Below are positions 18,954 through 28,314 of a stretch of DNA of 64,000 nucleotides, piece by piece. A program made the translations under genes and the position numbers. This stretch comes from Candidatus Latescibacterota bacterium. Lineage in GTDB: Bacteria; Latescibacterota; UBA2968. Below the pieces are notes generated by a model. The model saw only the letters and a list, made by a program, of their open reading frames with translations. It did not search any database and was not told the DNA's origin. How positions within the stretch are numbered: position 1 is the first letter of the stretch; every line of letters begins with the position of its first letter. The stretch is taken from contig OZ240241.1 of the NCBI GenBank assembly GCA_965198115.1, positions 2,976,001 to 3,040,000 on the forward strand, in the 5' to 3' direction.

Positions 18954-19988
18954 CTACGCGCCGAGTCTTTTCTTCAACGCCTGAAGGATATCCCACGTGG
19001 TGTCTGCCAGAGGTACCCCATTGGCCAGGCGTTCTTCGCGCGTTCGGTGGGATCGCTCCCCCGGCAGGAAAATCTCTTCCACATCGGGCATCTTGCGACT
19101 GCTCTTGATGTAGTCGATGAATTTACCCACCTCTTTCTTGAAGGCTTCGACCGGTTGGAAGGCCCCGATGTCGATCGCTTGCACGAAAAGGGCGTTCCCT
19201 ATCTCGGGTGGATCGGCTTCGGTACATCCCGCGGGCGACAGCGCACCGGACAGGACGTCGAGCGCGATGCCCAGCGCCGACCCCTTGTGCGCGACGGGCC
19301 CGCCAAAGGGGACGAGCGCTCCGCCGCGTTCGAGATAATCAAGTGGATCGTTCGACGGGTTCCCGTCGGCGTCCACCTGCCAGCCATCCGGAAGCTGGTC
19401 ACCCAGAGCCGCCACGACACGCAGCTTACCGCCAGCCGCCACTGCATTCGTGAGATCGACCGCCACGTGGAAGTCCCGATCCGTCGGAAAGGCGGTCGCC
19501 AGACAGGCCGCGGGCAGAATCCGTCCGATTCCCCCCCAAGGCGCGAGCGAGTGATCGCCTCCGTGACCGTTGTTGGTCACCATGCCGACCATGTCTGCGT
19601 CTGCTGCGATCGGGGGAAACGCGCCCGTTCTTCCGATATGGTTGCACCGGTGCACAGTCACGATCCCTACGGATGCGGTGCGCGCCTTTTCGATGGCCAG
19701 GTTCATCGCGTCCACGGCCGTCACGTGCCCGAAGCCCCAGTTCCCGTTCATCACCGCTGTCGCAGCCGTCTCTCGTTCGACCACAGACTTCGTGCCCAAC
19801 CGGATTTTCCCGTCCTCGACCGCCGTCGCATACTGCGCGCATCGAAGCACCCCGTGCGAGTCGTGACCGGCAAGGTTGGAGGACACGAGCAAGTCGGCCA
19901 CCGTCTCGGCTTCACGTTCGCTCGCGCCAATAGCCTCGTAAATGGACTGTGCTAATGCTTTCAACTCGTCAGCAGGAACGGTCGGCAC
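18954..19988 (-). CDS. Ldh_2 family (malate/L-lactate/ureidoglycolate) oxidoreductase
   Basis: GHDSHGV, NHIGR, D..G.P..DP, PFGG...HKG and LPGE motifs. Confidence 0.9.
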   Translation of the reverse strand: MPTVPADELKALAQSIYEAIGASEREAETVADLLVSSNLAGHDSHGVLRCAQYATAVEDGKIRLGTKSVVERETAATAVMNGNWGFGHVTAVDAMNLAIEKARTASVGIVTVHRCNHIGRTGAFPPIAADADMVGMVTNNGHGGDHSLAPWGGIGRILPAACLATAFPTDRDFHVAVDLTNAVAAGGKLRVVAALGDQLPDGWQVDADGNPSNDPLDYLERGGALVPFGGPVAHKGSALGIALDVLSGALSPAGCTEADPPEIGNALFVQAIDIGAFQPVEAFKKEVGKFIDYIKSSRKMPDVEEIFLPGERSHRTREERLANGVPLADTTWDILQALKKRLGA

Positions 19989-20030
19989 GGTTTCGCCTCA
20001 TCTGATGGATGATCGGGTTGGGCGGGAACA

Positions 20031-20108
20031 GCGCCCTCGTGCAGAGCCCTTGGACCTCGCTCAGGCAGGTTCCGGGCGAGCGTGCGCTTCCGTGCTCTGC
20101 AGGGACGC
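20031..20108. repeat. REP-like palindrome carrying a nested CCCTTCGAC-type repeat
   Basis: GCGCCCTCGTGCAGAGC is identical to 49832-49848 and is followed by CCTTGGACCTCGCTCAGGCAGG. Confidence 0.6.
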
Positions 20109-20114
20109 CTTGGG

Positions 20115-21959
20115 TTAGGACCCGTAGGCCCTATTGATCAGGTCTTCGTATCGGGACGCGATCGCCTTGGGAACCACTTTTTTCAGACCGCGCGTCAACG
20201 TACCGGTTTCCTCGCTCAGGGAATCCGGCAACACCACGACGCGCTGCGGTCGCTCGTGGCCCGGGAGCCCGGCACGCGTCGCCTCGGACAGGAAGGCGTC
20301 TCGAACGTAGTCGGCCACCGAAGGGTGCAGCCGAACCGCGTCGTCATCCTCGGGCAGATCGTCCAGCTCGGCGGTCGCGCGAAGCTCTTCGACGTTGACG
20401 TTCACGAGCGGCAGGGGGAAATCCCGCTGCTGGTCGCCCACGACGACCACGTGATCCACGATCGGAACGGCGCTGTAGACGCGCTCGAGCAATTCGGGGT
20501 TCACGAACTCTCCGTTGCGGAGTTTGAACTGCCGTCCCAGTCGTCCCGCGAAGGAGAGGAAGCCTTCGTCATCGATCGAAAACAGATCGCCCGTCCGATA
20601 CCAACGCTTCCCTTCATCGTCGTCGACGATCGCCGCGGCTGTTTGATCGGGGTCGTCCAGATATTCACGCATCACGTGTGTACCGTGAACCCACAGCTCA
20701 CCCGGCTTGCCTTCGCTCGAGCGATACGTTCCGGTCAGGGGATCGCCGTGACCGATCGTCTCCCCGTTCTGGGTCACGACTTTCACTTCCTGCAGGGGCC
20801 GTCCGACTGAGCCCGTTCGCTGACCCGTCAGACTGTTGGCGGCGATCAGCGGCGCGCATTCGGTCACGCCATATCCCTCGAACGAAGTGATGTCCAACAC
20901 GTCCTGAAAGAAATCCATCGCGTCGGGATCCGCCTTGGCCCCCCCGACGACGAGAAGCTTCAATCGGCTCCCGACACGGCTGGCCAACTGTTCGCGAATA
21001 TGACCGACGACCTTTTTTCCGATCGTCTTGTAGACGAACCAATCGGCCGGCGAGCCTTCCTTTCGAGCCAGCTTCTGCTTGGCTCTCACCGACCGCGACA
21101 CGAGCTTGCCACGTGCCCCACCGGCGTCGATGGCCTTTCGAACATTGCCATACACCTTATCCAGAATCAGCGGGACCGCCAGAAAGCCCTCCGGTTCGGA
21201 ATGACGGATGTCGATCAGCACACGATCGGGGGACCGAGCAAGATCCAGGCACCATCCTTTGGCAAGCGGGTAGTAGATGTTCAGAATCCCCATCGTATGG
21301 TAATCTGGCGCCGATTTGAAAAACACCAGGTCGTCGTGGCTGATCCTATCCCAGATAGAAAGACAGTTGTCCAGGATGTTGCGGTGCGTCTGGACCACAC
21401 CCTTCGGCATACCCGACGATCCCGACGTGAACACGACTTTCGATTCGTCTTCCGGGTCGAGCCCCACATCGGGCACGTCGCCCGCCTTCTTGATCAGATC
21501 GAAGAAGGGGGTGGCATTGGCGTGCTGACCCTCGGTCACGACCAGCTGAGGTGGCGATTCAAGCTGGTCCGAAAGACGTTCGATCTGTTCGATGCTTCTC
21601 GGGTCGACGAACAGCAAGGCAGGACGCGCCAGGTTGAGCTCGTGAGCCAACACCCCGTCCGGCAGCTTGTTGCAGAGCGGCACGCTCGACAGACCCAGGG
21701 CATCGCACGCCAGGAAGATCAGGATGGGCTCAAGCCCTCCGTCGGTCAGGATCCCGACCCGTGCACCCTTCTCGAGACCCAGTGCGGCAAGACCCACGAC
21801 GAGACGGTTCCGTTGCTCGCCCAGCTGTCGATACGACATCGGGACGTAACGCAGCCCCCGGTCACCCTTCTGGTCCGACTGACGGAGCACCCGGATCGCC
21901 GTACGATCGCCGTTCCTTTCAAAAGCCTCGTCCAACAGCGTCTTGAGATTATCCGCCAT
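20115..21959 (-). CDS. Long-chain fatty-acid--CoA ligase (AMP-binding, FadD/ACSL type)
   Basis: FTSGSSGMPKGV, EGYGVTE, WYRTGD and GR...F.LRNGE.V.P motifs. Confidence 0.9.
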   Translation of the reverse strand: MADNLKTLLDEAFERNGDRTAIRVLRQSDQKGDRGLRYVPMSYRQLGEQRNRLVVGLAALGLEKGARVGILTDGGLEPILIFLACDALGLSSVPLCNKLPDGVLAHELNLARPALLFVDPRSIEQIERLSDQLESPPQLVVTEGQHANATPFFDLIKKAGDVPDVGLDPEDESKVVFTSGSSGMPKGVVQTHRNILDNCLSIWDRISHDDLVFFKSAPDYHTMGILNIYYPLAKGWCLDLARSPDRVLIDIRHSEPEGFLAVPLILDKVYGNVRKAIDAGGARGKLVSRSVRAKQKLARKEGSPADWFVYKTIGKKVVGHIREQLASRVGSRLKLLVVGGAKADPDAMDFFQDVLDITSFEGYGVTECAPLIAANSLTGQRTGSVGRPLQEVKVVTQNGETIGHGDPLTGTYRSSEGKPGELWVHGTHVMREYLDDPDQTAAAIVDDDEGKRWYRTGDLFSIDDEGFLSFAGRLGRQFKLRNGEFVNPELLERVYSAVPIVDHVVVVGDQQRDFPLPLVNVNVEELRATAELDDLPEDDDAVRLHPSVADYVRDAFLSEATRAGLPGHERPQRVVVLPDSLSEETGTLTRGLKKVVPKAIASRYEDLINRAYGS

Positions 21960-22094
21960 CTACGAATCTATCCGATCGACTGTATGATCACAAGTAATTA
22001 TTTTTAATTGATTTACAACGAAAATAATCACGAAAAATCGAGATGGATCCTCGTCCCGACTTTTCGTGATCGCAACAGGCCTCGATTCCTCGGG

Positions 22095-22688
22095 CTAGGG
22101 ATTCAGCGCGCCCGTCGCCACGGCCTCTTCGACCATCTCCTGCGCCTTTTTCCAAAGCGCTGGGGCCCCTTCCTCGATATGTCGGTTCCGTGCGATCACC
22201 TGATCGCGCCGAATACCGTGTTTCAGCCAGCCTTTGCCGCCGGTCAGGAAATTGTGAAGCATCGGTTGGAAGCGGTCGAGCGCGGCTGCATATCGCGAAT
22301 CTGGTGTCGCACGGGTCTCGAACTCTCGCCAGAGCGTCATCACTTCATCCGACTGGTCGGAAGGAAGGAGGTTGAAAATCCGATCGGCCGCTTTCTGCTC
22401 GCGGTCGGCTTTGTCTGCGTGACCGGCGTCATCGTAGGCGAACGTATCGCCTGCGTCGATCTCGACGAGATCGTGGATCAGGAGCATCTTGACCACCCTC
22501 AGGAGATCGATCGGTTCGGCTGCGTATTCTTGCAGCAGAATCGCCATCAGGGCGATGTGCCACGAGTGCTCCGCGTCGTTCTCGCGTCTTGCGCCATCGA
22601 GCACGTAGGTCTGGCGAATGATCCCCTTGACCTTGTCGATTTCCGCGATGAAGGAGATCTGCGCGGACAGACGATCGCGCTCAACCAC
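22095..22688 (-). CDS. HD-domain hydrolase (HD_3, YfbR/HDDC2-like)
   Basis: ENDAEHSWH, LLIHDLVEIDAGD and ALDRFQP motifs. Confidence 0.9.
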   Translation of the reverse strand: MVERDRLSAQISFIAEIDKVKGIIRQTYVLDGARRENDAEHSWHIALMAILLQEYAAEPIDLLRVVKMLLIHDLVEIDAGDTFAYDDAGHADKADREQKAADRIFNLLPSDQSDEVMTLWREFETRATPDSRYAAALDRFQPMLHNFLTGGKGWLKHGIRRDQVIARNRHIEEGAPALWKKAQEMVEEAVATGALNP

Positions 22689-23688
22689 TCGACTGAGGCC
22701 TGAACCGCATCACGCCCGAAAGAGACTCACCCGGCGCAAGGACCGTCATGCCCCCCTCCACTCCCCTGGAGGCGAGGTTGAACGCGTCCGTCGTGCACGT
22801 GTAGGGCTCGAAGCAAACGACCGGTCTCGTGTCCGGCGCATAGAAGACCCATTCCCGAAACCCGCCATCCGCCTCGACGTCGATCTGAACGCCCGCTCCA
22901 GCATCGTCGAAACGACACCGGCTCCACCCATCCGTGTTGACGGTAACGTCCGTCCACACATCGTCGTAGTAGCGATCACCCAGAGACGTCGGCTCACGCA
23001 CGTCGTAGGTTCCTTCGACCGCGAGCACCTCGCCGGTCGGAATGCAGTCTTCGCGTAAAACCCAGTGACCCGACGCCGGCACTTGCGCGGTACACTTCCC
23101 ACGGTCACCGCCCTCCTCGAGAGGCAACCCGAAGTAAGGGTGGAACCCCAAACCACACGGCATCGCGCTGTTACCGACGTTCGTCCCCTCGAATTCGACC
23201 GACAGCCGTCCCTCCTCGAGACGATAGGTGCACGTTGCCTCGAACGGATAGGGCCATTGTCTTTCAATCTCCTCGAATTCGGATGAGCGAAAGCGGCCGG
23301 TCAGCCAGGCCCCGTTGTCGTTCCCAGAGTCGACAACCTCCCACGGGCGGCTGAGCACGAATCCGTGCAGCGGGTGAGCGACGCTTTCCGGCGTTTCGAG
23401 ATTCACCGTGCGACCCTCGAACACGAAACACCCGTTCTCGATCCGGTTCGGCCACGGGTAGAGGATCGGGATGCCGTATCCGCTGGGTCTTCCCTGCAAC
23501 GTCTCCGGATCCGGCGGTGCGTGGAACAGCTCGACTTCCCGATCGGCCACGCGCATCCGATAACTCACACAGTTATTCCCGACCGAAGGCAGCACACGAG
23601 CCGCCTGACCGGCCCGTTCGTCGTTCAATACATAGAGGACGTGACCCTGGAAATCCTCTTGTCCGACGCGATAGCGCTCCTTATCCAA
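22681..23688 (-). CDS. Aldose 1-epimerase family protein
   Basis: GIPILYPWPNRI, LHGF, GLGFHPYF and VCFEPYTC..DAFN motifs; GAGG RBS before TTG 23688. Confidence 0.88.
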   Translation of the reverse strand: MDKERYRVGQEDFQGHVLYVLNDERAGQAARVLPSVGNNCVSYRMRVADREVELFHAPPDPETLQGRPSGYGIPILYPWPNRIENGCFVFEGRTVNLETPESVAHPLHGFVLSRPWEVVDSGNDNGAWLTGRFRSSEFEEIERQWPYPFEATCTYRLEEGRLSVEFEGTNVGNSAMPCGLGFHPYFGLPLEEGGDRGKCTAQVPASGHWVLREDCIPTGEVLAVEGTYDVREPTSLGDRYYDDVWTDVTVNTDGWSRCRFDDAGAGVQIDVEADGGFREWVFYAPDTRPVVCFEPYTCTTDAFNLASRGVEGGMTVLAPGESLSGVMRFRPQSSG

Positions 23689-23705
23689 TGCTCGATCCTC
23701 GATCG

Positions 23706-24488
23706 TCAATTCTCGATGTTGTCCAGCCAGCGCTCGCCCGCCATGAACGCACCATCGACATAGATCAGCTGCCCCGTCACGTAGTCGGACGCCTCGGAAG
23801 CCAGGAACACGGCCGTCCCGGCCAGATCCTTGGGTACTCCGAGCCGGCCGTTGGCGCAGCGCGCTTCGCCCCAGGTCCGCATCGACGGATTCGACCACAG
23901 CTTCTCCGTCAGTGGCGTCAGGATGAATCCAGGGCAGATCGCGTTCACCTGGATCTCCGGCGCCAGCTCGACCGCGTGGACTTTCGTCAGCTGTCCGACG
24001 GCGCCCTTCGTCCCCGTGTAGACCGAAACACCGGCCAACCCGACGCCTGTCGTCAGCGACCCGATGTTGATGATCTTGCCGCGTCCACGAGGACGCATGT
24101 GCTTCGCCGCGACCTGGGTCATGAAAAACAGACCCTTCTGATTCACCGCAGAGATCTGGTCGTAGTGGTCTTCGGTCACCTCTTCGAGGGGCTCGCGAAT
24201 GTTCATCCCCGCGTTGTTGACCAGAATGTCCAGCTGTCCGAACGTTTCGATCGTCTCGTCGACGCTTGCCTGGATCGATCCCATGTCTGTCATGTCGAGC
24301 GTCACTGCCGCGGCTTCGCCACCCTTGTCTCGAATGGCCTCCGCCGTTTCCTTCGTCTCCGTCTCCGTGCGCGCAGCCACGACGACCTTCGCGCCGTGGT
24401 CGGCAAGACCTTCGGCAATCCCACGCCCGATCCCTCGGCCACCACCCGTCACCAGGGCGACGCGGCCTTCCAGATTGAAAAGACTCAT
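23706..24488 (-). CDS. Classical SDR oxidoreductase (gluconate 5-dehydrogenase-like)
   Basis: TGGGRGIG, NNAG, IINIGS, YxxxK (YTGTK) and VNAICPG motifs. Confidence 0.9.
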   Translation of the reverse strand: MSLFNLEGRVALVTGGGRGIGRGIAEGLADHGAKVVVAARTETETKETAEAIRDKGGEAAAVTLDMTDMGSIQASVDETIETFGQLDILVNNAGMNIREPLEEVTEDHYDQISAVNQKGLFFMTQVAAKHMRPRGRGKIINIGSLTTGVGLAGVSVYTGTKGAVGQLTKVHAVELAPEIQVNAICPGFILTPLTEKLWSNPSMRTWGEARCANGRLGVPKDLAGTAVFLASEASDYVTGQLIYVDGAFMAGERWLDNIEN

Positions 24489-24606
24489 GAGTTCCTCACT
24501 GTCGGTAAGTGCTTGTTTTTTGCGCGCGCCAATATAAAAGATTCGCCCCCCGGGAACAATGTCCACCGGAGGGCGATAGCCGGTATCGGCCGAGTAAAGG
24601 CAGTAC

Positions 24607-25215
24607 TTATCGAAAGAACACGGAGAAGCCGGCCGTGATCACGTGACGGTTCCAACGTTGGCCATCGGCGAACAACGAGACGAACGAATACTGTGTGTTG
24701 ACCGACATCGTCCGGCTCACGAATCGTCTGAACCCGACACCGGCACCGACTTCATTCAGATCGCCCCAGCCGAAATCTCTTCCTCCGAAAACCTCGAGAT
24801 ACGGAAAGGTGCGCTTCTCGATCTGGAAGGGCACGTTGTAACGATAAAATGCCGTCAGCGACGAGCCAAACCCCTGATCGACCGACAACCGCACCGAGTT
24901 CGTCGTCAGAGGGGACCCGACGACCACCTGACGCCGATTCGTACGGTCGTAGAGCCGATTGCCCATCACGAACGACCCACCCAGTTGATGCGTTCGTGTG
25001 ATCGCATACCCGAGCGCGACACCCACCTGGTAGACGGCCGATCCGCCCGACAGCCGCATGGACATGATCGGATTGATCTCCAGATGACCCGCGCGGATTT
25101 GCCCGATCGGCGAGAGATCGATCTCGCCCTCGCTCTCTTCGTCGATGATCACCTGACCGGCTGCGGGCGCAGTCAACAACGTGATGCCGATCAGAAACGG
25201 AAGCCATCTTTTCAT
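24607..25215 (-). CDS. Outer-membrane beta-barrel-like protein
   Basis: Signal peptide, amphipathic Gly/aromatic strands, C-terminal AGFSVFFR. Confidence 0.65.
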   Translation of the reverse strand: MKRWLPFLIGITLLTAPAAGQVIIDEESEGEIDLSPIGQIRAGHLEINPIMSMRLSGGSAVYQVGVALGYAITRTHQLGGSFVMGNRLYDRTNRRQVVVGSPLTTNSVRLSVDQGFGSSLTAFYRYNVPFQIEKRTFPYLEVFGGRDFGWGDLNEVGAGVGFRRFVSRTMSVNTQYSFVSLFADGQRWNRHVITAGFSVFFR

Positions 25216-25448
25216 AACGCATCTCCTGACGAATCCGGCGTGGAGAATGGAAAAGCCCTCGATGTTAGACGCTTCTTTGACCGCTCGGTTCCGGCCAGGA
25301 CCACTGAATCACTCACCTGCGTGGGGCTTTAGCCCCACGCCAAGGCCGCGAAGCCCGCTGAAGCGGGCTGGTGGTCAAGGACCTGTCGACGGGGCTTCCC
25401 GCTCGTCACACTCAGTTTCCTCTGTGTTCTCAGTGGCGCCTTTTGGTC

Positions 25449-26561
25449 TCAGAAAACGATCAACCCCCTCGCCAGCTCTCCCTCTGCCAGTGCCCGAAAC
25501 GCCTCATTGGCTTCCTCCAATGCGAACCGGCGCGAGATCAGCTCGTCGATCTTGAGTTTGTTCGCCATGTAGAGCTCGACCATGCGGGGAAAATCGTCCC
25601 GGATCCTGGCGCTTCCGTATTTGCATCCGCGAAACACCTTCTCGTTCGACTGCAATTGATTCGTGTCGAATGTCACCGTCGATCCAGTCGGCGGCAGCCC
25701 GATCATGACCGCCGTCCCTCCGGGCGCCAGGCAACCCCACGCCTGCTTGATCGTTTCCGTCACTCCCACCGCGATAAACGCATAGTCGGCACCGCAACCC
25801 GTAATGTCCTTGATCGCTTCGACAGGATCGTCGTTCGATGCGTTGACCTTGTGCGTGGCCCCCAATGATTCGGCGTAGCCCAGCTTGTCGTCCAACAGAT
25901 CCACGGCGATGATCGGGTTCGCCGCGACGAGGGCCCCGCCCTGAATGCAGTTCAGCCCGATGCCGCCCACACCGAACACGGCCATGCTCGCACCCGGCGG
26001 CACCTGAGCGGTGTTGAGAACGGCTCCCACGCCTGTCATCACCGAGCAGCCGATCAACGCGGCCTTGTCGAGCGGCATGTCGTCTCGAATGGGAATCGCA
26101 CAGTTCGCGGGCACCACAGAATGAGATGCGTAGCTGGCGACGTGACCGTAGTGATGAACCGGTTTTCCCTTTAACGTCATCCGCGTGGTCCCGTCGAACA
26201 GACCGCCCCGTTTCGGCACGGTCCGTTCGCATAGTTGGGACCTGCCCGTCGAGCAGTAGTGGCATTGCCCGCACGCGGGCGCCCAGGAGAGAATCACGTG
26301 ATCGCCCGGCTTCAGCCCCTTGACGCCCGGCCCGACGTCATCGACAACCCCGGCGCCTTCGTCTCCGAGCACGATCGGCATGGGAATTCCCGTCCAGCTG
26401 CCATCCGCGGTATGAAGACAGCTGTGACACACCCCGCTCGCCGTCATCTGAACGAGGATTTCCTCTTCCTGTGGGGGCGCCAGATCGACGTCCTCCACCT
26501 CCAGGGGTTTTCCCGGTTCGAACAGGACTGATGCTCTCATCGAATTGGCCTCCTGAGACAT
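25449..26561 (-). CDS. Zn-dependent alcohol dehydrogenase (class III-like MDR)
   Basis: GVCHS, LGDEGAG, structural Zn motif CGQCHYC...C, GCSVMTG and GVGGIG. Confidence 0.92.
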   Translation of the reverse strand: MSQEANSMRASVLFEPGKPLEVEDVDLAPPQEEEILVQMTASGVCHSCLHTADGSWTGIPMPIVLGDEGAGVVDDVGPGVKGLKPGDHVILSWAPACGQCHYCSTGRSQLCERTVPKRGGLFDGTTRMTLKGKPVHHYGHVASYASHSVVPANCAIPIRDDMPLDKAALIGCSVMTGVGAVLNTAQVPPGASMAVFGVGGIGLNCIQGGALVAANPIIAVDLLDDKLGYAESLGATHKVNASNDDPVEAIKDITGCGADYAFIAVGVTETIKQAWGCLAPGGTAVMIGLPPTGSTVTFDTNQLQSNEKVFRGCKYGSARIRDDFPRMVELYMANKLKIDELISRRFALEEANEAFRALAEGELARGLIVF

Positions 26562-26942
26562 CCACGCTGCCGAAAGACTGACTCACGCGATCGACTGCCA
26601 AGGTACGACATACCCCCCGGTGTCCACGGAGTAAACGAGAATCGAGATCCGGGAGCCCTGAACCGGCAAGTTCGAATCGGGCTCTCAGACGCCATCCTGA
26701 CTCGTCAATGAGGTTCGGTTTATCGCCCGCCGAATTCGTTCAAAGGCACCTAAGTCGTGTTCCTTAAAGGACTTGACACTCCCCACCGTGGTCCGTTTCT
26801 TGGCCCCTCTGACAACGGAGATGAACATTGGTCAAGGTTTCTCAGAACGATCTCGAATGGCGCGACGCTGGCTTTCGGAAGAAACACCGGTCCCTTTTTT
26901 CCATCACAGGTCCTACACGTCTTTCCCCCCAATCGATAGCCC

Positions 26943-28067
26943 ATGATCGATAACTGCGCATTCTGCGGGAAATCAGACGAAGACGTCGAACGACTCTTCA
27001 GAGACCCCGATGCTCCGATCTGCAATGAGTGTTTGGACACGTGCCGAGCACTGCTGGCCGGCACACTATCGACGGGCTGGCTGATCACGACATCGCCGCA
27101 GCGATGTGCGTATTGCGGTCGCAGACCATCCGAAGGAGTCAGTCACTGTGTCCACCTCCGCCATCATTCCCCCAGAATCTGCAACCTGTGCGTGGAAACG
27201 GCCCTCGAGGCCCTCGAAACCCAAGTTGTCGAAGAACAGGTCAGCAATCTCATCGACGACGTCGAAAAGGACGTTCGGATCGACATCGACGACCAGATCG
27301 AGAGCGCCCTTCAGGGAACCGCGGGTGGACCGCCGGCTCGACTGCTCAAGCCCGACGCCGTGACCTTCGACTTCGGTGGTACGATCCTGCGCCTCGTCGA
27401 ATTCGACAAAGTGGCCGGCGTGCGACGGATGCTCGAGATCTGCGACACCTCCGACGGCTGCACGGAACAGGATGTGCTGGAGTTCATCGATGAGCTGGAC
27501 CTGCAGATTCAGGAACGCCGCGAACAGAGCCTAATCGAATATCCGGCGATTCAAAGGCAGCGCCTGATCTACGATGCACTCGGCATGGTATTCGACCTTT
27601 CTCCCCACGAAATCGAACTGGAGTTCTGGAAGGCGTCGATGCAGTACTCGGTCGAAGAGGGCATCACGACCGTCCTCGATGGACTGAGCGCGCGTGACGT
27701 CAAGCTCGCAGTCCTCAGCAATTCGGCTTTCAGCGCGAACTCGGTGCGATACGAGCTCCAGCGTCACGGTCTTCACGACTACTTCTCGGACATTGTGGTA
27801 AGCGCAGACTACGGGTTCCGAAAGCCGCATCCCCTCATCTACCGTTCTACCCTGTCCCTCCTGGGCACGGACGCCGCACGGACCTGGCACGTCGGTAACT
27901 CCCGATACTACGATGTGGAAGGGGCCATCATCGCTGGCATGGGAGCGGTTTGGTATAACCCGGCTGGCAGACAACCCCAGGGGCCGGCCCCGCACGAAGC
28001 GGTCGACTCGTGGGCCGGTTTTCAATCGGTCGTTGAGCGCGTCTTCCGTGAGTCGGAGTCATCTTGA
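26943..28067 (+). CDS. Fusion of two ClpX-type C4 zinc fingers and a HAD-IA hydrolase
   Basis: CAFCGK...ICNEC and CAYCGR...ICNLC; HAD motifs FDFGGT, LSNS, RKPHP and HVGNS..DV.GA. Confidence 0.75.
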   Translation: MIDNCAFCGKSDEDVERLFRDPDAPICNECLDTCRALLAGTLSTGWLITTSPQRCAYCGRRPSEGVSHCVHLRHHSPRICNLCVETALEALETQVVEEQVSNLIDDVEKDVRIDIDDQIESALQGTAGGPPARLLKPDAVTFDFGGTILRLVEFDKVAGVRRMLEICDTSDGCTEQDVLEFIDELDLQIQERREQSLIEYPAIQRQRLIYDALGMVFDLSPHEIELEFWKASMQYSVEEGITTVLDGLSARDVKLAVLSNSAFSANSVRYELQRHGLHDYFSDIVVSADYGFRKPHPLIYRSTLSLLGTDAARTWHVGNSRYYDVEGAIIAGMGAVWYNPAGRQPQGPAPHEAVDSWAGFQSVVERVFRESESS

Positions 28068-28234
28068 CACTCTTGCAGGATGCGTTTGTCGACCTTCCGA
28101 TCGGACAGTTCTCACCCGAAGTCGGGCCTCACACCGAGTATCACTTCCTTCCCGAAGCCGCACCCAAAGGCAACTGGACGGTCTCCTGTTTCATTTCTCC
28201 AATCGAGTCACAACGCGCGTGGCACGAGGATCCG
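28064..28234 (+). pseudogene. N-terminal fragment of an unknown protein ending at a REP palindrome
   Basis: GGAG RBS and TTG overlapping the upstream stop; protein-like GPHTEYHFLPEAAPKGNW before the repeat. Confidence 0.45.
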
Positions 28235-28262
28235 GTAGGGACGGTTCGCGAACCGTCCCTAC
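28235..28262. repeat. GTAG-type REP palindrome
   Basis: Perfect 28-bp palindrome GTAGGGACGGTTCGCGAACCGTCCCTAC. Confidence 0.8.
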
Positions 28263-28314
28263 GAGCATGTGTTTGTGCCCAGTCGACTGAGACGGGCGAG
28301 AAACGAGGCACCGT

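Noticed and set aside
26651-26687. tRNA-like GTTCGAATC motif inside a hairpin
   Set aside because: The T-stem does not pair and there are no D or anticodon arms
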